Assembly (NCBI GenBank): GCA_951406725.2
Contig: OX597822.1
Coordinates: 82,894,001-82,958,000, forward strand
DNA from: Octopus vulgaris
Lineage: Eukaryota
Length of the DNA: 64,000 nucleotides
Direction: 5' to 3'
Below the pieces are notes generated by a model. The model searched no databases. It was given only the letters and a program-made list of their open reading frames with translations, and had not been told where the DNA came from. Below, one piece after another: positions 14,326 to 27,479 of this stretch. Numbering within the stretch: the stretch's first letter is position 1; each line of letters begins with the position of its first letter. A program made the position numbers and the translations under genes.

Positions 14326-15383
14326 CAAGGGGCGTTCAATAAGTAATGCCCCTGACCCACTTCCCATAGCAGTAGAGCAACGAAACTTGGCATAATTATT
14401 AGTCTTTTTCTACATAAGAACCATCTAGAGTTACGCATTTCTACCATCGTTTGATGCAGCTCTGGAGACCGTTTTTGTAGAAGACCCCAGCTTGGTCCTC
14501 CAGCCACGACGTGACTTCAGAAATCAAGACTGCATCATCTGGGAAACGCTTTCCTTTCAAAAACAACTTCATGGCTGGGAAGAGGTGAAAATAAGAGTGT
14601 GTAAGGTCAGGAGAGTAGGGGGGGATGGGGGAGAAGTTCATAGCCACACGTCTGTGGAGGGCTACACCCTTGCCTTCTTTGGAGGAGGTGAGTCACGGTG
14701 CTTCCATTGCATTGACTGGGCTTTGGTCTCTGGATCATAGTGATGGACCCAGGTTTCATCCTGTGTAATCAGTCTTTTGAAAAATTTTGACTCATCTTCT
14801 TGGCACATCTCCAAATTCATCCTCGAGCACTCGACACGTTCTTGCTTCTGGAAAGGTGTGAGCAACCTGGGAATCCATCTGGCAGACACCTTTTGTATAT
14901 GCAAACGGTCATGAATGATAGTTTCCACAGACCCGGTACTAATCTTGACCTCATGGGCTATTTGGCGAATAGTTGTCGATCTTCCAAAATGGCAGCCTCA
15001 ACTTGACGGACAGATGCCTCATCAATGGCAGAAGTGGGGCGACCAGATCTGGGAGCTGTTTCTACAGAGTTCCGACCATGTTTGAATTCACGATGCCAGA
15101 GTTTTACAAGGTCATATGATGGGGAATCATCACCATAAGTTACTTTCATTTCATCAAAAGTCTCCCGTGGTGTGCGTCCTTTCAAATACAAAAACCGGAT
15201 CACTGCTCGACACTCAACAAGCTCCATTTCACACTTGACTCAGTTCAAACACCTGTAAATCGGAAACCACAATTAGTTCAGAGCTGTAATTTGCCACTTA
15301 ATCTATAGAGATATAAATAATTGCACATGCTAGATCAAACAACTGCAAGTGGGTCAGGGGCATTACTTATTGAACGTCCCTCG
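14326..15383 (-). mobile_element. Defective mariner (DD34D-type) transposon in a SMARCD intron
   Basis: TA duplication on both sides; ~37-bp TIRs (caaggggcgttcaataagtaatgcccctgacccactt); broken transposase with HTH, RSGRP, WIPRLL, TQDETW and YSPDL; frameshift, stops and internal deletion of the second-D region. Confidence 0.95.
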
Positions 15384-15451
15384 TAACTTAAAAATTATGA
15401 AAATTATCCAAACCTCTTTTTTGATTTGTTTTGTGTTGAATTTATTTTCAG

Positions 15452-15574
15452 ATTCATGAAACAGTTGAAACCATAAACCAACTGAAGATAAATAGAGAAT
15501 TCTTCCTCAGTTTTGCTAAAGATCCATTAGAGTTTATCAACAATTGGTTAATATCTCAAACCAGAGATCTAAAG
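15452..15574 (+). CDS. SMARCD1: SMARCD coding exon
   Basis: [41 protein letters not shown]; tcag| and |gtaaga. Confidence 0.97.
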
Positions 15575-16007
15575 GTAAGACCCTCTTATAATTTGTATCT
15601 TTAGCGCTGTATAAATATGATGAAATTGCTGCTGGTTAGTTTGTCAATAGTCTTACAAATATATTCAGGCAATAGTGTAGAACCAAAAAGCTGATTTGCT
15701 TTGGCACCAAATTTTTTGTTACCCAAAACAGCCACATTTTATTTTCTTTGTTACTAAAGTGTCCAAAACCGCATGGGATTACCTAAACTATTTGATTTTG
15801 TGATCTCATATTTTATAGTCTGACTTTTGGGTACTTGGAATTTTGGGGGTAAATTTTCCACTTGTGTTTTTTGTCTTATTTTACATAATTTTCATATTTA
15901 GTAATAGTTTCATAAACTAGCCCCCTAAACTAAAGTTTGAAGCCTCGTATCTTTAGAAGAATTATTATCATCATCATTATTATAATTATTATTTTCTTTA
16001 ACAACAG

Positions 16008-16109
16008 ACTATGACAGATATTGTTGGCAACCCTGAAGAAGAGAGACGAGCTGATTATTACTATCAGCCTTGGGTACAGGAAGCAGTATGTCGCTACTTC
16101 TATGGAAAG
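16008..16109 (+). CDS. SMARCD1: SMARCD coding exon
   Basis: [34 protein letters not shown]; acag| and |gtaaat. Confidence 0.97.
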
Positions 16110-16638
16110 GTAAATTTGGCTCTATTCGCCCTTCTTTTTCACCCTTTCTTCATCATTCTCTTTGCTTCCTTATCTATTCTACAAACCGACCAACTGCAGC
16201 CATCCACTAACATTGCTTATTTCTCTTCTCTTTACTGTTTCTCATCTCTTCTTTAATTCTTACACAAAATTGTCATGTTAATGAACTTAGAAATTATTTT
16301 ACCTCACACACTCACACTTCACTCATTCAAATAGTAGGAACTCTATAAGTAAAGTGTATTTCCTTGTTCAGATCTTATAAAAGTGTATCAAAGAAGATAG
16401 AACTTAGTTTCATTTGTATACGCTTTCTTTCATCTTCCTCCTCCCAACATGAATATACTCACGCACATGTGTCTTTGGAGGGTCAGTATGCCCAATACAA
16501 AACACACAGGTACTATTTCACTTTTATTAATGGCAAATCAATCTCTTGAGTTGTTCAGTCACTCGATCTGTCAATTGACTAGTTTTGTCAGAGTCCTTTT
16601 TCTACCAGTCGCAACTTCATGATGTTGCCCTGCTTGCA

Positions 16639-17368
16639 AATGGCAGGAAAGGACTTTGACGAACCTACCTGATTGAGCAATTAATTAGTTAATTGGTTAA
16701 ATAGTCAGTTGACTAATAAGTCAAATAGAACCAGTGTGTGTCTCTTATTGGTGTAATGACCTACCCAAGTTCTATATATTTAAGAGATGAGGAATTATTT
16801 CCATTATTGACATTTGATGGATATTTGTCCTCATCTTGTTTGTTGTTAACACAATGTTTCGGCTCATCCAGCCTTCATTAGGTGTCTTGGGGAAATTTCG
16901 AACCTGGGTTTTCATGCCTAAAGTATTATTATTCAGGTCATTGCCTAGAATTGAACTCGGAATCTTGGGATTAGTAGCCCATGCTCTTAACCACGAGCAT
17001 ATGGTATAGTGGTTAAGAGCATGGGCTACTAATCCCAAGATTCCAAGTTCGATTCCAAGCAGTGACGTGAATAATAATGATAGTGATAATATCGAAAAAT
17101 ACCTTAGGAATGAGAACCCAGGTTCAAAATTTCCTCAAGACACTTGAAGGCTGGAGGGTATATCAGCCAAAAACAAACAAGATGAGGACAAATATCCCAA
17201 GATACAAAAAAATCTGTTTCAACTCATGATTCCATAAACATACAGTTAGTACCACTTTATAATTTAGTCAATTAGTTAATATTTAAGCAATTAACTAATT
17301 GATCTCTTGATTAAATTGTTCAGTTAATCAATTGATTAGGTTTGTCAAAGTATTTTTATTGCCATTCA
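16639..17368. mobile_element. Old MITE-like inverted-repeat element hosting a SINE pair
   Basis: atggca..ctttgacgaaccta at left versus taggtttgtcaaag..tgccat at right, with AT-rich (ttaattag-like) subterminal repeats. Confidence 0.5.
16771..17198. mobile_element. Head-to-head pair of tRNA-headed SINE-like elements with a hammerhead-like 3' module
   Basis: A box TGGTATAGTGG, B box GTTCGATTC, anticodon-arm-like gggCTACTAAtccc; left copy on minus, right copy on plus; near-perfect palindrome around 16995-17008. Confidence 0.75.
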
Positions 17369-18788
17369 TGACCTCATCAACAATATTCTTTTATTTCCCT
17401 CATCCTCATTGCTGGCCAACCTCTTCTCACTCAATATCACATCTGACTCTGTTCTGTTTCCTTTCAACACTTGCTCCCTGTTATTTATTATGAATGGCTT
17501 TTCACAAACATTCGTATAACGTGCGCTGTTTATTAACATCCACAGCAGCTAAAACTTCTACTGGCAAATGTTTCAGTGAGACATTAGGAGTTGTCTCCCT
17601 TAAATTTTCTTCGTTATCACTGAATTTCATATTTAATTCCATTTAGTTATTTCTGATTTTGAATACACACGGAATAATGGGAGCCACTTTTTCATCACAC
17701 ACACACACGGACTCTCCCATTAATTTTGACTTATGATCAGCAAGTTCTTTGAAGTGAGTGACTTGCTCATTGAATTAGTATTTCAAGTGGTTGAGCATAG
17801 ACATGTGTACCATTAATGTAATTCTCAGGCAGAATTAGTGACAATGCGATGAGGTTGGACCCTTGAATTACAGGTACAATACATTCCACACACTTTCTGC
17901 CTGTCCTAAAATTCACTCACAAGCCTCAAGTCTATTCTCATCATCATTTAACGTCCGTTGTCCATGCTGCCATGGGTTGGACGGTTTGACCAGGCTGGCA
18001 CACTGGAAGGCTGCACCAGACTCCAGATTGATTTGGCATGGTTTTCTATGGCTGGATGCCTGCTGGAAGCTTTAATAAAAGCATTTGTCCTGGAGATTGA
18101 AACCAGGATCTCTTGGCTGTAAAACAAACTTCTTAACCATTCAACCATGTCTACTTCCAACCACTGATCTTTATAAGATTTCTCTCTTATTTAAGAAAAC
18201 ATTAGGATACTTACAGATTGATTGTTATTTCGCAGCTAAAACGTTTCCAAATAACTCTGGTATTTCTTTATTCTTACATCACGATGATGGTAGTCTCTTG
18301 TACTCCAAGAAAGACAGTTCAGCAATTTCTTGCTGCATAACCGGCACAAAAGATTTTAAAATAGGGATCGAATGGCTGTGCTGCACATGAGCTCACTCTG
18401 TCCATCCAATTCACTCTGCATGTACACGTGGACCGTGTACCAAACATCAGGTGTCGAAGTGATCGCAGATCAACTTAAAATGAACATATTGCATCAGCTG
18501 GTCCAGGAATTGAAACAAGGCCATGTGCCCTCATAAATATTTCATGCATATACAGATTAGCACTGATTCTCTTATGCATTCCCCAACAAATCGTTGCTGA
18601 CTGACCTGTTCGCTTCATGTCATGTTTGACTCCTCTCTCCTTTCAACACTTGGTCCCTCCCAATCCACACTCCCAAACGCTTGATTCACTCAACTCATCA
18701 CATGTAATATTCATCTACCCCTGCCATATTCACCTCTCTCATCTATCACCATCAGTCATTACACTCTCTCTCTCTGCTCTCTCCACAG

Positions 18789-18842
18789 GTCCAACAAAGG
18801 AGACTAGAACTTGAACAGGCACTTGGTATCAGGAACGCATAA
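18789..18842 (+). CDS. SMARCD1: SMARCD terminal coding exon with stop
   Basis: Polypyrimidine tract, acag| then VQQRRLELEQALGIRNA*, matching the conserved BAF60 C-terminus. Confidence 0.96.
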   Translation, partial: VQQRRLELEQALGIRNA

Positions 18843-18974
18843 CAAATGTCATCTCCATAGCAACTGTATTGAGCCTGTCACCATTGGCAGCTCTCTTCAA
18901 CTGATGTCCAGACCAATGCAGTTGATCACATGACCATTTTTATACTGTAGAAAATCATTCCACATTTTTCAGAG

Positions 18975-18980
18975 AATAAA
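18975..18980 (+). promoter_or_regulatory. Candidate polyadenylation signal of SMARCD
   Basis: First AATAAA after the stop codon, with T/GT-rich sequence downstream (tttctttttgtttttgtt). Confidence 0.5.
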
Positions 18981-19929
18981 CTGTCATTATTATATCACAT
19001 TTTCAATGGCGTCTTGATGGTTTCTTTTTGTTTTTGTTCTTGCATTTGTCTGGCTGTCTATGAATTCCACTCACTGATCGTTCACTTTAATTATTTGCTT
19101 ATTAATTCATTAATGTCTGTGTCACGGTCGGTCGAGTGTGATTGCTATTACCAAAGACACAATATGTCTATAACATATTACAAGCAGTTGTCACATGGGA
19201 TAGAATATTGTCATCAGTTTGAATGACAATCCTCTACTTGAGTGATGACAGCTTGATCCAGTGATGAGTTTATTGCATAGACACTTACTCTCATTATGTA
19301 GTCCTCAATCAAAAGCCAATGATGCTTTGTGTGACCAGATTGGCTTTTTAAATTGCACTTGCAGTCCATCAAGTAGACTTCCATACAGTTTCTGCTTCCC
19401 CAATTTCACTCTCAAACTGTGGGTTGAATTGAGGTTATGGTAGGACACATTTGACCAATTTTGTGCGCAATAGAATCACAGCTATGACGTCATGGATTGC
19501 AAGTTAATTTCTTTTAACCATTGGCTCTGTGCTGTTGCTCAACAAAAAGCATCTGGTACATTCTATAAAGTGGTTGGCATTAAGAAATATATCCAGCTGT
19601 AGAAACCATGCCAAAACAGACAACTCGAGCTTGGTTCAGCTCTTGTCAAACCCATGCCAGCATGGAAAAAGCGGACGTTAAATGATCTGCATGCACACAC
19701 ATGGTCCCTATCGTATGGTTTGATGGTGACAAGGTGAGATACAGGGAAAAAAGAAAAGGATAAAAAAAATAAGGGAAGAAAATATGGGTTTTGATAAAAG
19801 ACGAGTGGACAGGTGTTGGAATGGTTTAAGAATTCAATGGAAGAAAAAATGGCAGGTGAATAAGTAAAATTGAATGGGAAGGGGTCAGTGAGGAAGAAGA
19901 AAGTTGGTGGGGGGGGATAAAGAAATGTT

Positions 19930-20290
19930 GCAGTCATTAGACTTTGGTCATGCTGGAGCACTGCCTTCAACAGCTTGTAGTTGAATGAATCGACCCCAGT
20001 ATACTTATTTTAAAACCTGGTACTTATTCTGTCCGTCTCTTTTGCCAAACTGTTAAGTTGGTGGGGTTAAAGACACCAACACCGGTTGCCAAGCAGTGGT
20101 GGGACAGACAAACACACACAGATATAACGAGCTTTTTTCATTTTCTGTCTACTAAATCCATTCACCAGGCTTTGGTTGGCTTAAGGCTATAGTAAAAGAC
20201 ACTTACCTAAGGTGCCATGCAGTAGGGTTGAACCTGGAACCATGTGGTTTGGAAGTCAGCTTCTTACCACACAGCCACGCCTGCGCCTGT
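19930..20290 (-). mobile_element. tRNA-derived SINE (second family)
   Basis: Homologous to the 45550-45947 copy in reverse. Confidence 0.8.
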
Positions 20291-20799
20291 AATAAATGAC
20301 AACTGAAAATGAATAGAAGGAACAAGGAAAAGTGACGAAGTAAGAGATTGGGGTGGATAAGTAGAATAAAGGTGGGTGGGTTGGTTATTTGGCGGTGATG
20401 GCCAGTAAGTGGAAGGTTAAAGATAAAATTGGTTGGTAATGATGAAGATAATGAGGGCAGCACTGATGAACTTAGAAGATAGAATACTCTTGGGAATGCT
20501 GGTGAGAATATTTAATATTGAAGAAATATTGATAAAAATTATAAGAAATGTGAAAGCAAAGCACAAAAAAAAGAAGCAAAATTAATGGACCCCCCCCCTG
20601 CACCAAAAACTAAAACTAACATGGGTGAATAAATGATTGAATAAGTGTAAATAGTGAGAAGAGAATGAAGATGATGAGAATGATCAAGATTAGATTTGTG
20701 GATAGGAATAGAATGAAAGCAAGAAAAAGATAAATAAAGAAGATTAAGATTATTTTGAAGGAAAGTAATAATGGCAGAAATAGTGATAATAGGAATAAT

Positions 20800-21175
20800 A
20801 TTGATTTCAAATTTTGGTACAGGACCAGCAGTTTCAGGTATGTGTGTGGGGTCGTGGTGGTAAGTCGAGTAAATCATCCCCCAGTGTTTCACTGGTACTT
20901 AATTTATCGACCCCGAAATGATGAAAGGCAAAGTCGACCTCGGTGGAATTTGAACTCAGAACGAAATACCGCTAAACATCTTGCCCGGCGCGCTAACGAT
21001 TCTGCCAGCTCTCCCCCTAAAATAATAATATTAATAATAATAATCCTTTCTACTAAAGACACAAGGTTTGAAATTTTGGGGAGGGGACTCAGTCGACTAC
21101 AATGACCTCAGTACTCAACTGGTATTTTATTTTATTGACCTCAAAAGAGTGAACAACTAAGCTGACCTCGGCGGG
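20800..21175 (-). mobile_element. Two Meta/MESC-type SINE copies in tandem
   Basis: actggtacttaatttatcgaccccg..gatgaaaggcaaagtcgacctcgg; (AAT)n spacer. Confidence 0.8.
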
Positions 21176-22007
21176 GATGGTGAAAGTGTAAAGATTAAAA
21201 GGGCGGATACCGATGATGGTAATCAATGGATATAATAGAATATGTAAGGAAAAAAACCAAAAAAAAAAAAAACAGACAAAACTTTAAGAACGATCTACAT
21301 AAAAGATGGCAATGATAGTAAAAGAGGTGCGAGTATAATTAATGCTATAATGTGTAGGATGCTGTCGATAGATATATGGAAAGAAAAAAAGATCATGGTT
21401 ATGGCGAGTGTGTATACAACGTATGACGGTTCCAGAAGTGATACTTAGGATGATAACCATATTGCCACTGCTGATGATAGTGACAGTGGGGAGTAAGTAT
21501 TGCTGCCGATTATGATGATGGTGAAGCCGATAATGGGTTGGTGGGTTCAGAGCACTCCTCTGACCACAAGTCCAGATTTTCAGCTATCCTGGTGACGGGT
21601 AAAATGCTCGAATACTTGCAGGTTGAACTTTCTCACGCAAATGCAAACGCAAAGTATTTCCTTCTCTTGAATTCAGGACGACAGTTGCAACCACAATATT
21701 CAATTTTATGGTCACGCTCGTATTGCATTTTGTACTCCGTCCGTTATAAGATCTCGCTTTTGCTACAATATTCCACTTAACGGTAGAGTTTTTCTTCAGG
21801 TACCAGACAGACATCTTTAGCGACGTAGAATTATTCATGCTACTGTTTCGTATTGTGTAAAGATGTTACGCGAAGCGTGCCTCAAGAGTTTTCTGCGAGT
21901 TTGACATATGGTTTAGTGGCATACCCACTGTGATAAACTTCAATTTTATAATTACTATTTTTAAAAAAATATCACGAGAGATATCCAGCAACAGTACTTT
22001 GGAGTAA

Positions 22008-22298
22008 AGATTGTTTGCCAACATGGTAGTCATGGTTTAGGACGAATGTTGCTGTAATTTAGCCCCAGGAGACATCGTCTCCAGCTGGCTATACGACACG
22101 ATCTATGTCCTTAATAACCCGGAAATCGCGATACACAGATATTGTTTTGAGCTGAATGGGGGTGCTAGATTCCCTTGTTCGAAAACATAAGGACACAGAT
22201 AGTGTCGTATAGAGAGCTGGAGACGATGTCTCCTGGGGCTAAATTACAGCAACATTCGTCCTAAACCAGGACTGCCATGTAATGTTGGCAAACAATCT
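22008..22298. mobile_element. MITE-like fold-back with ~105-bp TIRs
   Basis: 22008-22113 is the reverse complement of 22188-22298 (agattgtttgccaacat...gtcctta / taaggac...atgttggcaaacaatct). Confidence 0.85.
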
Positions 22299-22369
22299 AC
22301 TTCAATTTTATAGTTGAGTTCTTACACATGCGCACGCACGCTAGTACATATAGAATGGTAACGGTCGGC

Positions 22370-22570
22370 AGCGTAAGAGATCTTGTGGTATAATCCTCCT
22401 TATACAATAAACTTGATAAAACAAATTGTAAAAAAAATTTTGCAACCTTTCGAGAATAATTTCTGTCCCTCTTGCAAATACAGGAAGATTTCCAATAAAC
22501 ACACCATCAAACTTTTGTATTCAATCACACCGAACTTGGTTGATAACATTTGTGCTATTCACCACAATGA
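22370..22570 (+). mobile_element. Penelope-like element ORF relic (Naiad-like thumb/linker region)
   Basis: WYNPPYTINL..KYRKISNKHTIKLLYSITPN resembles the WFNPPYS..KIFNRNTVKVSYSCMPN motif of PLE ORFs. Confidence 0.65.
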
Positions 22571-22999
22571 ACCGAAAAACTTATTCTAGAATAAGAATAA
22601 CGTAAGAGTAATGTGCCAACAGGCATGTATTGATTGTCAATAGAGAAGAGGATATGTTGGAACATATCAATACTCCAGGTATTGAATTTAAATGTGAATT
22701 CTCCAATTGTTAATTCTTCAATTGTTGATTCTGACAAAGATTGTGCAATAGTTAGGATATCGGTGACTCTGTAAACTGAAAAGTCATTGATTAATATGCA
22801 ACATCCGAATGTGTGTGTGAGTCTTAGTCCGCCGCTTGACGGCTGGTGGTGTTTTTTTTCTTACGTCCCCGTAACTTTGTAGTTCAGCGAAAACAACAGA
22901 TACAATAAATACTGGGTCCGCGGTCGATAGACTGAAACAAATAGAAGTTAAAAGATATCGATTACGATCTATTTGACTCTGTCGCTGGTTGTTTGATAC

Positions 23000-24080
23000 A
23001 TCTGTTCTGCAAAGATGGCGAGCGTGTTGAAAGAAGGAATTAATGGTAGTGATATATCAAAATCGGTGATAATGCTTGGCTTCGAACGTGTCTGTGAAGG
23101 AGAAACCGTTTTTATTAAATGTAGAATGAGATTAATTAAACGAATCGATGAAGACTGACACATTTTATGTAACCTGCTTACGTTGGCAAATCCAGAGATG
23201 ATAAGATTACTTGATTTCTTTGTGATCGTTAATTCCACACAGATTAAAACACGAAAGTCTTTTTTAATGGTTTCCGAACTTATTTTTTAACAGATTGGCA
23301 AAAAACCTCATAACGACTGCATGCTTGTCTTCGCAAAACTGCAGGAAAAGAAGCTATTAAACGAAGACAGAACGAAATATCTGAATTCTTATTTGAGCAA
23401 CCAATTGAAGTTTTATAAAGAACTTTTCGCTGTAAATTGACTGAACTACAATTTGTATCCAGGCACTTGTTAACGAGAACATTCGATTTGTATACACGAG
23501 CAATCTCCAAGAAATGTTAATCCTGTAAAGGTTTCCTTACCAGACTAATCATCACGAAAAATGAGAAGTGAACTATAAGCACTTCCCACTATGAAATTTG
23601 ATTGAAATCTCTTCCGACAGCACTGGTGCAATGGTTGCTAAAGGAAAAGGATTTATAACGAGAATGGAAGAAAGTCTACAACATATGCAGTGGATTTGTG
23701 TAAGTGAATTGGTTGCAGTTCGTGCGACGAAAATTTTGACACGAAATAATAAATATTAAAGTGAAGTCAATAGCCCTTGTTTGAAGGGCTAATATGTGTC
23801 TTTTATGCTGGAATTGTTTCAGTTTCATCACTTTGTTTCTGATCAAATCACACACAAGGCAACTACGGCCCCGGAAATATTTTAAATGTTCATTTCATTA
23901 TTATTCAGAGACGGCTACAGGAAGCAAAGCACTTCGATGGTAACGTGGAGAAGGTTGCTTCTCAGAAATGTCTTTTTAATGATGAAATTTTCAGGAAAGT
24001 TTGTTGCTGCACATTGAAAGATGGAAGCTACCCAAGATTATTGACTAGAAGTCATTAATAAACATTTTACCGTTCATCAT
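23000..24080 (+). mobile_element. Highly degraded hAT (Buster/Charlie-like) transposase relic
   Basis: Collinear remnants IGKKPH, SDSTGAMVAKGKGFITRM (TDGA..M.G..KGF), HYYSE; many stops and frameshifts. Confidence 0.55.
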
Positions 24081-24289
24081 TGAATGGAATTGTGTTGGTT
24101 GTCACTCGGGATGACTTGTGACCCCACTCCCACCCACTGAATCCATATCTTGAAAAAAAAGCAATAACAAAAAAAAAAGAAGAAAAAAACAGAAAAAAGA
24201 AAAACATTCTTGGCGATTACAGACTTCTGATTTGTAGATCATCTCCAGTTGTGATTCCAACGGTAGCCACCATGTATGAGAGACTAGAT

Positions 24290-25790
24290 ATCGGTTTATG
24301 ATCCGATTCGATGTACTGATTCCTGTTTTCACTACCCAACTTTCCGTTTACACCGTCCCCAGAGGGGCTCAGAATCTGACGACATTGCCCACGAGTTCGA
24401 TCCATTGGACAACGAAGTGCGTAACGAAAGTAGAGGAGATACGTTTTGAGCCAAAGTGGTCGAAGGGAATCGATCCGGCAACGATGACAAAAGCGGAGGA
24501 TTTGGCGAAGACAAAAGTAGTCAACACTTTCAGTTTGGATAAGTCCACCGTTCTTATTGACCAAGTGTCACAGCTAGTACAAAACAAAATTTTTGGGGGT
24601 TTACACGAATCTCAAACCGGGTTCTGAAGACGAAAGAATGTGCCGCGCACATGGTTGATGCGGATGTCTAATTCATCTTTACCTTGACCCGTGGCAGTAA
24701 AGGTAGCACAGAAGTGTGTGAATCGAGTCGATTTCTTCCTAAATCTCATCATTGAATACGACAAAGTTACTTTCAGAGAATGACACATCAACAACAACAA
24801 TCTTTATCATAGCCACCAACATGCGACGTGCATTGAAGTGTTCAACAACTGAGGGGAAAATCTGCGAAGTTGTTATCAAATATTACTTGATCGTCATCTT
24901 ATTCGAGATGAGTGACTGAAATTTAGTGTTACAGTGACGTCCAAGAAACCTATCAGAGCACGCTCTGGGAGCCAGTTGATGACACAGATTAAGGACACCA
25001 GAGATAGAATTCAAGACATCTACAAGACATCGTAAGACATTTCGAAAGACTAGAAATTCCCGTCATAAGAACGAATATTTACTCAGGTCGAACTGTAGTC
25101 TGCTTTTATTAGGTTCAGCAGCTTCGCAGGTAAACCATCTGAGATGATGATACCCCAAATCGCACTGTGATCGACAGAATCAGAGTTTACCGCGATGACC
25201 AAAAAGGAAATGACGATTCATTGTTGGTAACTCCAGTTTTTGTTCCAGAATCTCTCTGCCTCGAGGTGCAAATTTCATTTGTTCAGACTTGGCTTTGCAG
25301 AAAACGAAACTGATTTAACGATGCGACTTGATCGCACTTGTTCATAAATAAACACTAATGAAGGACAGGGAATATTTTGGCCGCAATGTCTGTCAAACTA
25401 ATGCCTCAGGGTTACTCCAAAAGCACACTTTTCTTCCCTCATGTATAAAAGGTGAACTGCATCGGTCTGGTCTTGTAAGAGAACTTACGAATCCTAGAAT
25501 CCAGTGTTTACATGGTGCAACCAAGGAGACAAAACGTTGGAATAGCTTTCGAAGATTTCGGCTGGTGGACCATCTTCACTTGGAACCTTGTAGTTCTTCA
25601 GATTGTGGATAGCTCCACACATCTCATGGTTGGTACGTCTAGTTGTATGGGAAGAGAATAGGATGCGTTTAGTCTATTCGCGATTGGTAGTGCAATTCAT
25701 GATTGAGCAAGTCCCGTGAAATGGTCACACCATCATCTAGGTTGGTCTTTGTTCGAAATAACAACACGTCGAGCGACGGGGGTCACTTCA
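24290..25790 (-). mobile_element. Degraded RTE-clade LINE RT fragment
   Basis: Minus-strand remnants AIHNLKNYKVPSEDGPPAEIF, GISLTDIAAKIF, DELDIRINHVRGTFFRL. Confidence 0.7.
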
Positions 25791-25941
25791 CCTGTTGACT
25801 GATAGCGGGTACAGTTTTCGTGAGAAGCTGTATGTCCTTTGTCAACTGATGGTACACTAGCACCTCAACTACCAATACATACCTTGTGGTTGTTGTTTAA
25901 CTTCAAGTTGGTTCTAATCGAGCACAACTATAATTATAATA

Positions 25942-26252
25942 CATAGTTATTCAAAAAGAATGAACCGATTTCATTACGCAATATTTTGATAAGGAAAAGC
26001 AATAGAAAACTCCAGTTGTGTCACAAGTATTTACTCACAATCAATTTGATATGCTGATACGTGTCTGGGAGGAAATCTCTTAACGCACCGACGTTGCCCG
26101 TGCTGCAAGTGGTGGCCACACTGAACATTTGTAAGACAGAAAATAAAAGTTGATTGAGAGTAAATACTTGTGACTTAGCTGGAGTTTTCTATTGCTTTTT
26201 CTTATCAAAATATTGCGTAATGAAATCGGTTCATTCTTTTTGAATAACCCTG
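25942..26252 (+). mobile_element. Tc1/mariner-superfamily MITE retaining the transposase C-terminus
   Basis: TA flanks, ~103-bp TIRs ending ...gaataaccctg; interior encodes MLIRVWEEIS*RTDVARAASGGHTEHL*, similar to the GGHIEHL terminus of rosa/DD41D-like transposases. Confidence 0.85.
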
Positions 26253-27479
26253 TATTTTAAACTATAGCTATGCTATTTTTCTTTAGGCATATTGTGTTTC
26301 AGACGACATTATGCAATATATACAATATTTTAAAAGACTGGTGGCTCTAGTTTTAGGAAAATTTCGCTGCTACTTCTTGCAGGTCGAGTGACCACTTGAG
26401 CATCTCCACTTGTTATTTCGTGTAACATGTGATAGCTACGAAACCCTTGACTTCATGCATTTAGCCGGAAGAAGGCATCACATTACGGCAGAGTACAAAA
26501 CTATTGCATGTGGTGACATCACTGTGGAATTAACGAGTGTTTCTTTAGCCTACAGCATTGAGTTCAAGTACATCTGTCTGTCTTCAGTGAGAACTTTTCT
26601 CCGTGACAAAATACAGCGAATGGTTTCCTTATGGGTTCGAATAAGCATCAAGCATATTCGAACTGGTAACAAGTTTGAGTTCAAGTCCTCCTAGACCCTT
26701 GGTCGTGCCATGACAAAAACAGTCCCAGCGAAAACAAGAATGATTTCCTCCTTAGGTAGGTATGAAACCAAATATTTCTCTTTTCTTTTAGTCTTCGGTC
26801 AGCAATGATGGCCTTTTCGCCATTGCGTTCATTTTGTTGTTAAAACTGCTAATAGTTGAACAGAAAGGCTTTTTGACCGTGGCCATCTCCTCTTTTACTC
26901 AGAATTACTCTATCCAATGCATACCTTCTGTTTTAAGACAGTATAGAAAGATTTGACCGTCATTTCAAGCAAGTCGAGTGACCATATAGAAGCTTATTTG
27001 CTGGCTTGTGTATAACGGGTTTCGTCAAGTGCGTTGGCATTCACCCCTCTCTCGGTTACTAAGCTCGACTGTATCCCGTTAGTACAAGGTATATAAAGAA
27101 ATGAAGTGGATCAATTTGTATTGATAATTCAGTTGGATCAGAGTTGGCTGCATTTAAACAGCGTTCAGATCAAGCATTGAAATTGATCAAGTTGATTCTC
27201 CAAATTTGTAGCTTTGTGCCAAAGTTAGAAATCAATATTATTATAAAATCGACGAAACCACTCTGAACGTACTCATTTGGTGGAGTCTGAACATTCCTAA
27301 ATTGAGGAACCGTCTCCGAGGTCTATGACTACGAGCAGAAGGGATCCGGATGTTTTGTCGAGTATAACGTGGAGATAATCTTGTCTTTCTTTGGTGGAGA
27401 AAGGCAGGCAGCTACCGTCAGTCTGGTAAGCGAAAGGAATTATATGCCGGACAAGATACATTCCTATCTTGCTTAACCC

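Noticed and set aside
14441-15227. Domesticated SETMAR-like gene or active transposase
   Set aside because: Frameshift, premature stops and deletion of part of the catalytic domain; TIRs and TA duplication show an ordinary defective insertion.
16995-17075. Functional tRNA gene (anticodon ACT)
   Set aside because: No proper acceptor stem or oligo-T terminator; continues into a repeated SINE body.
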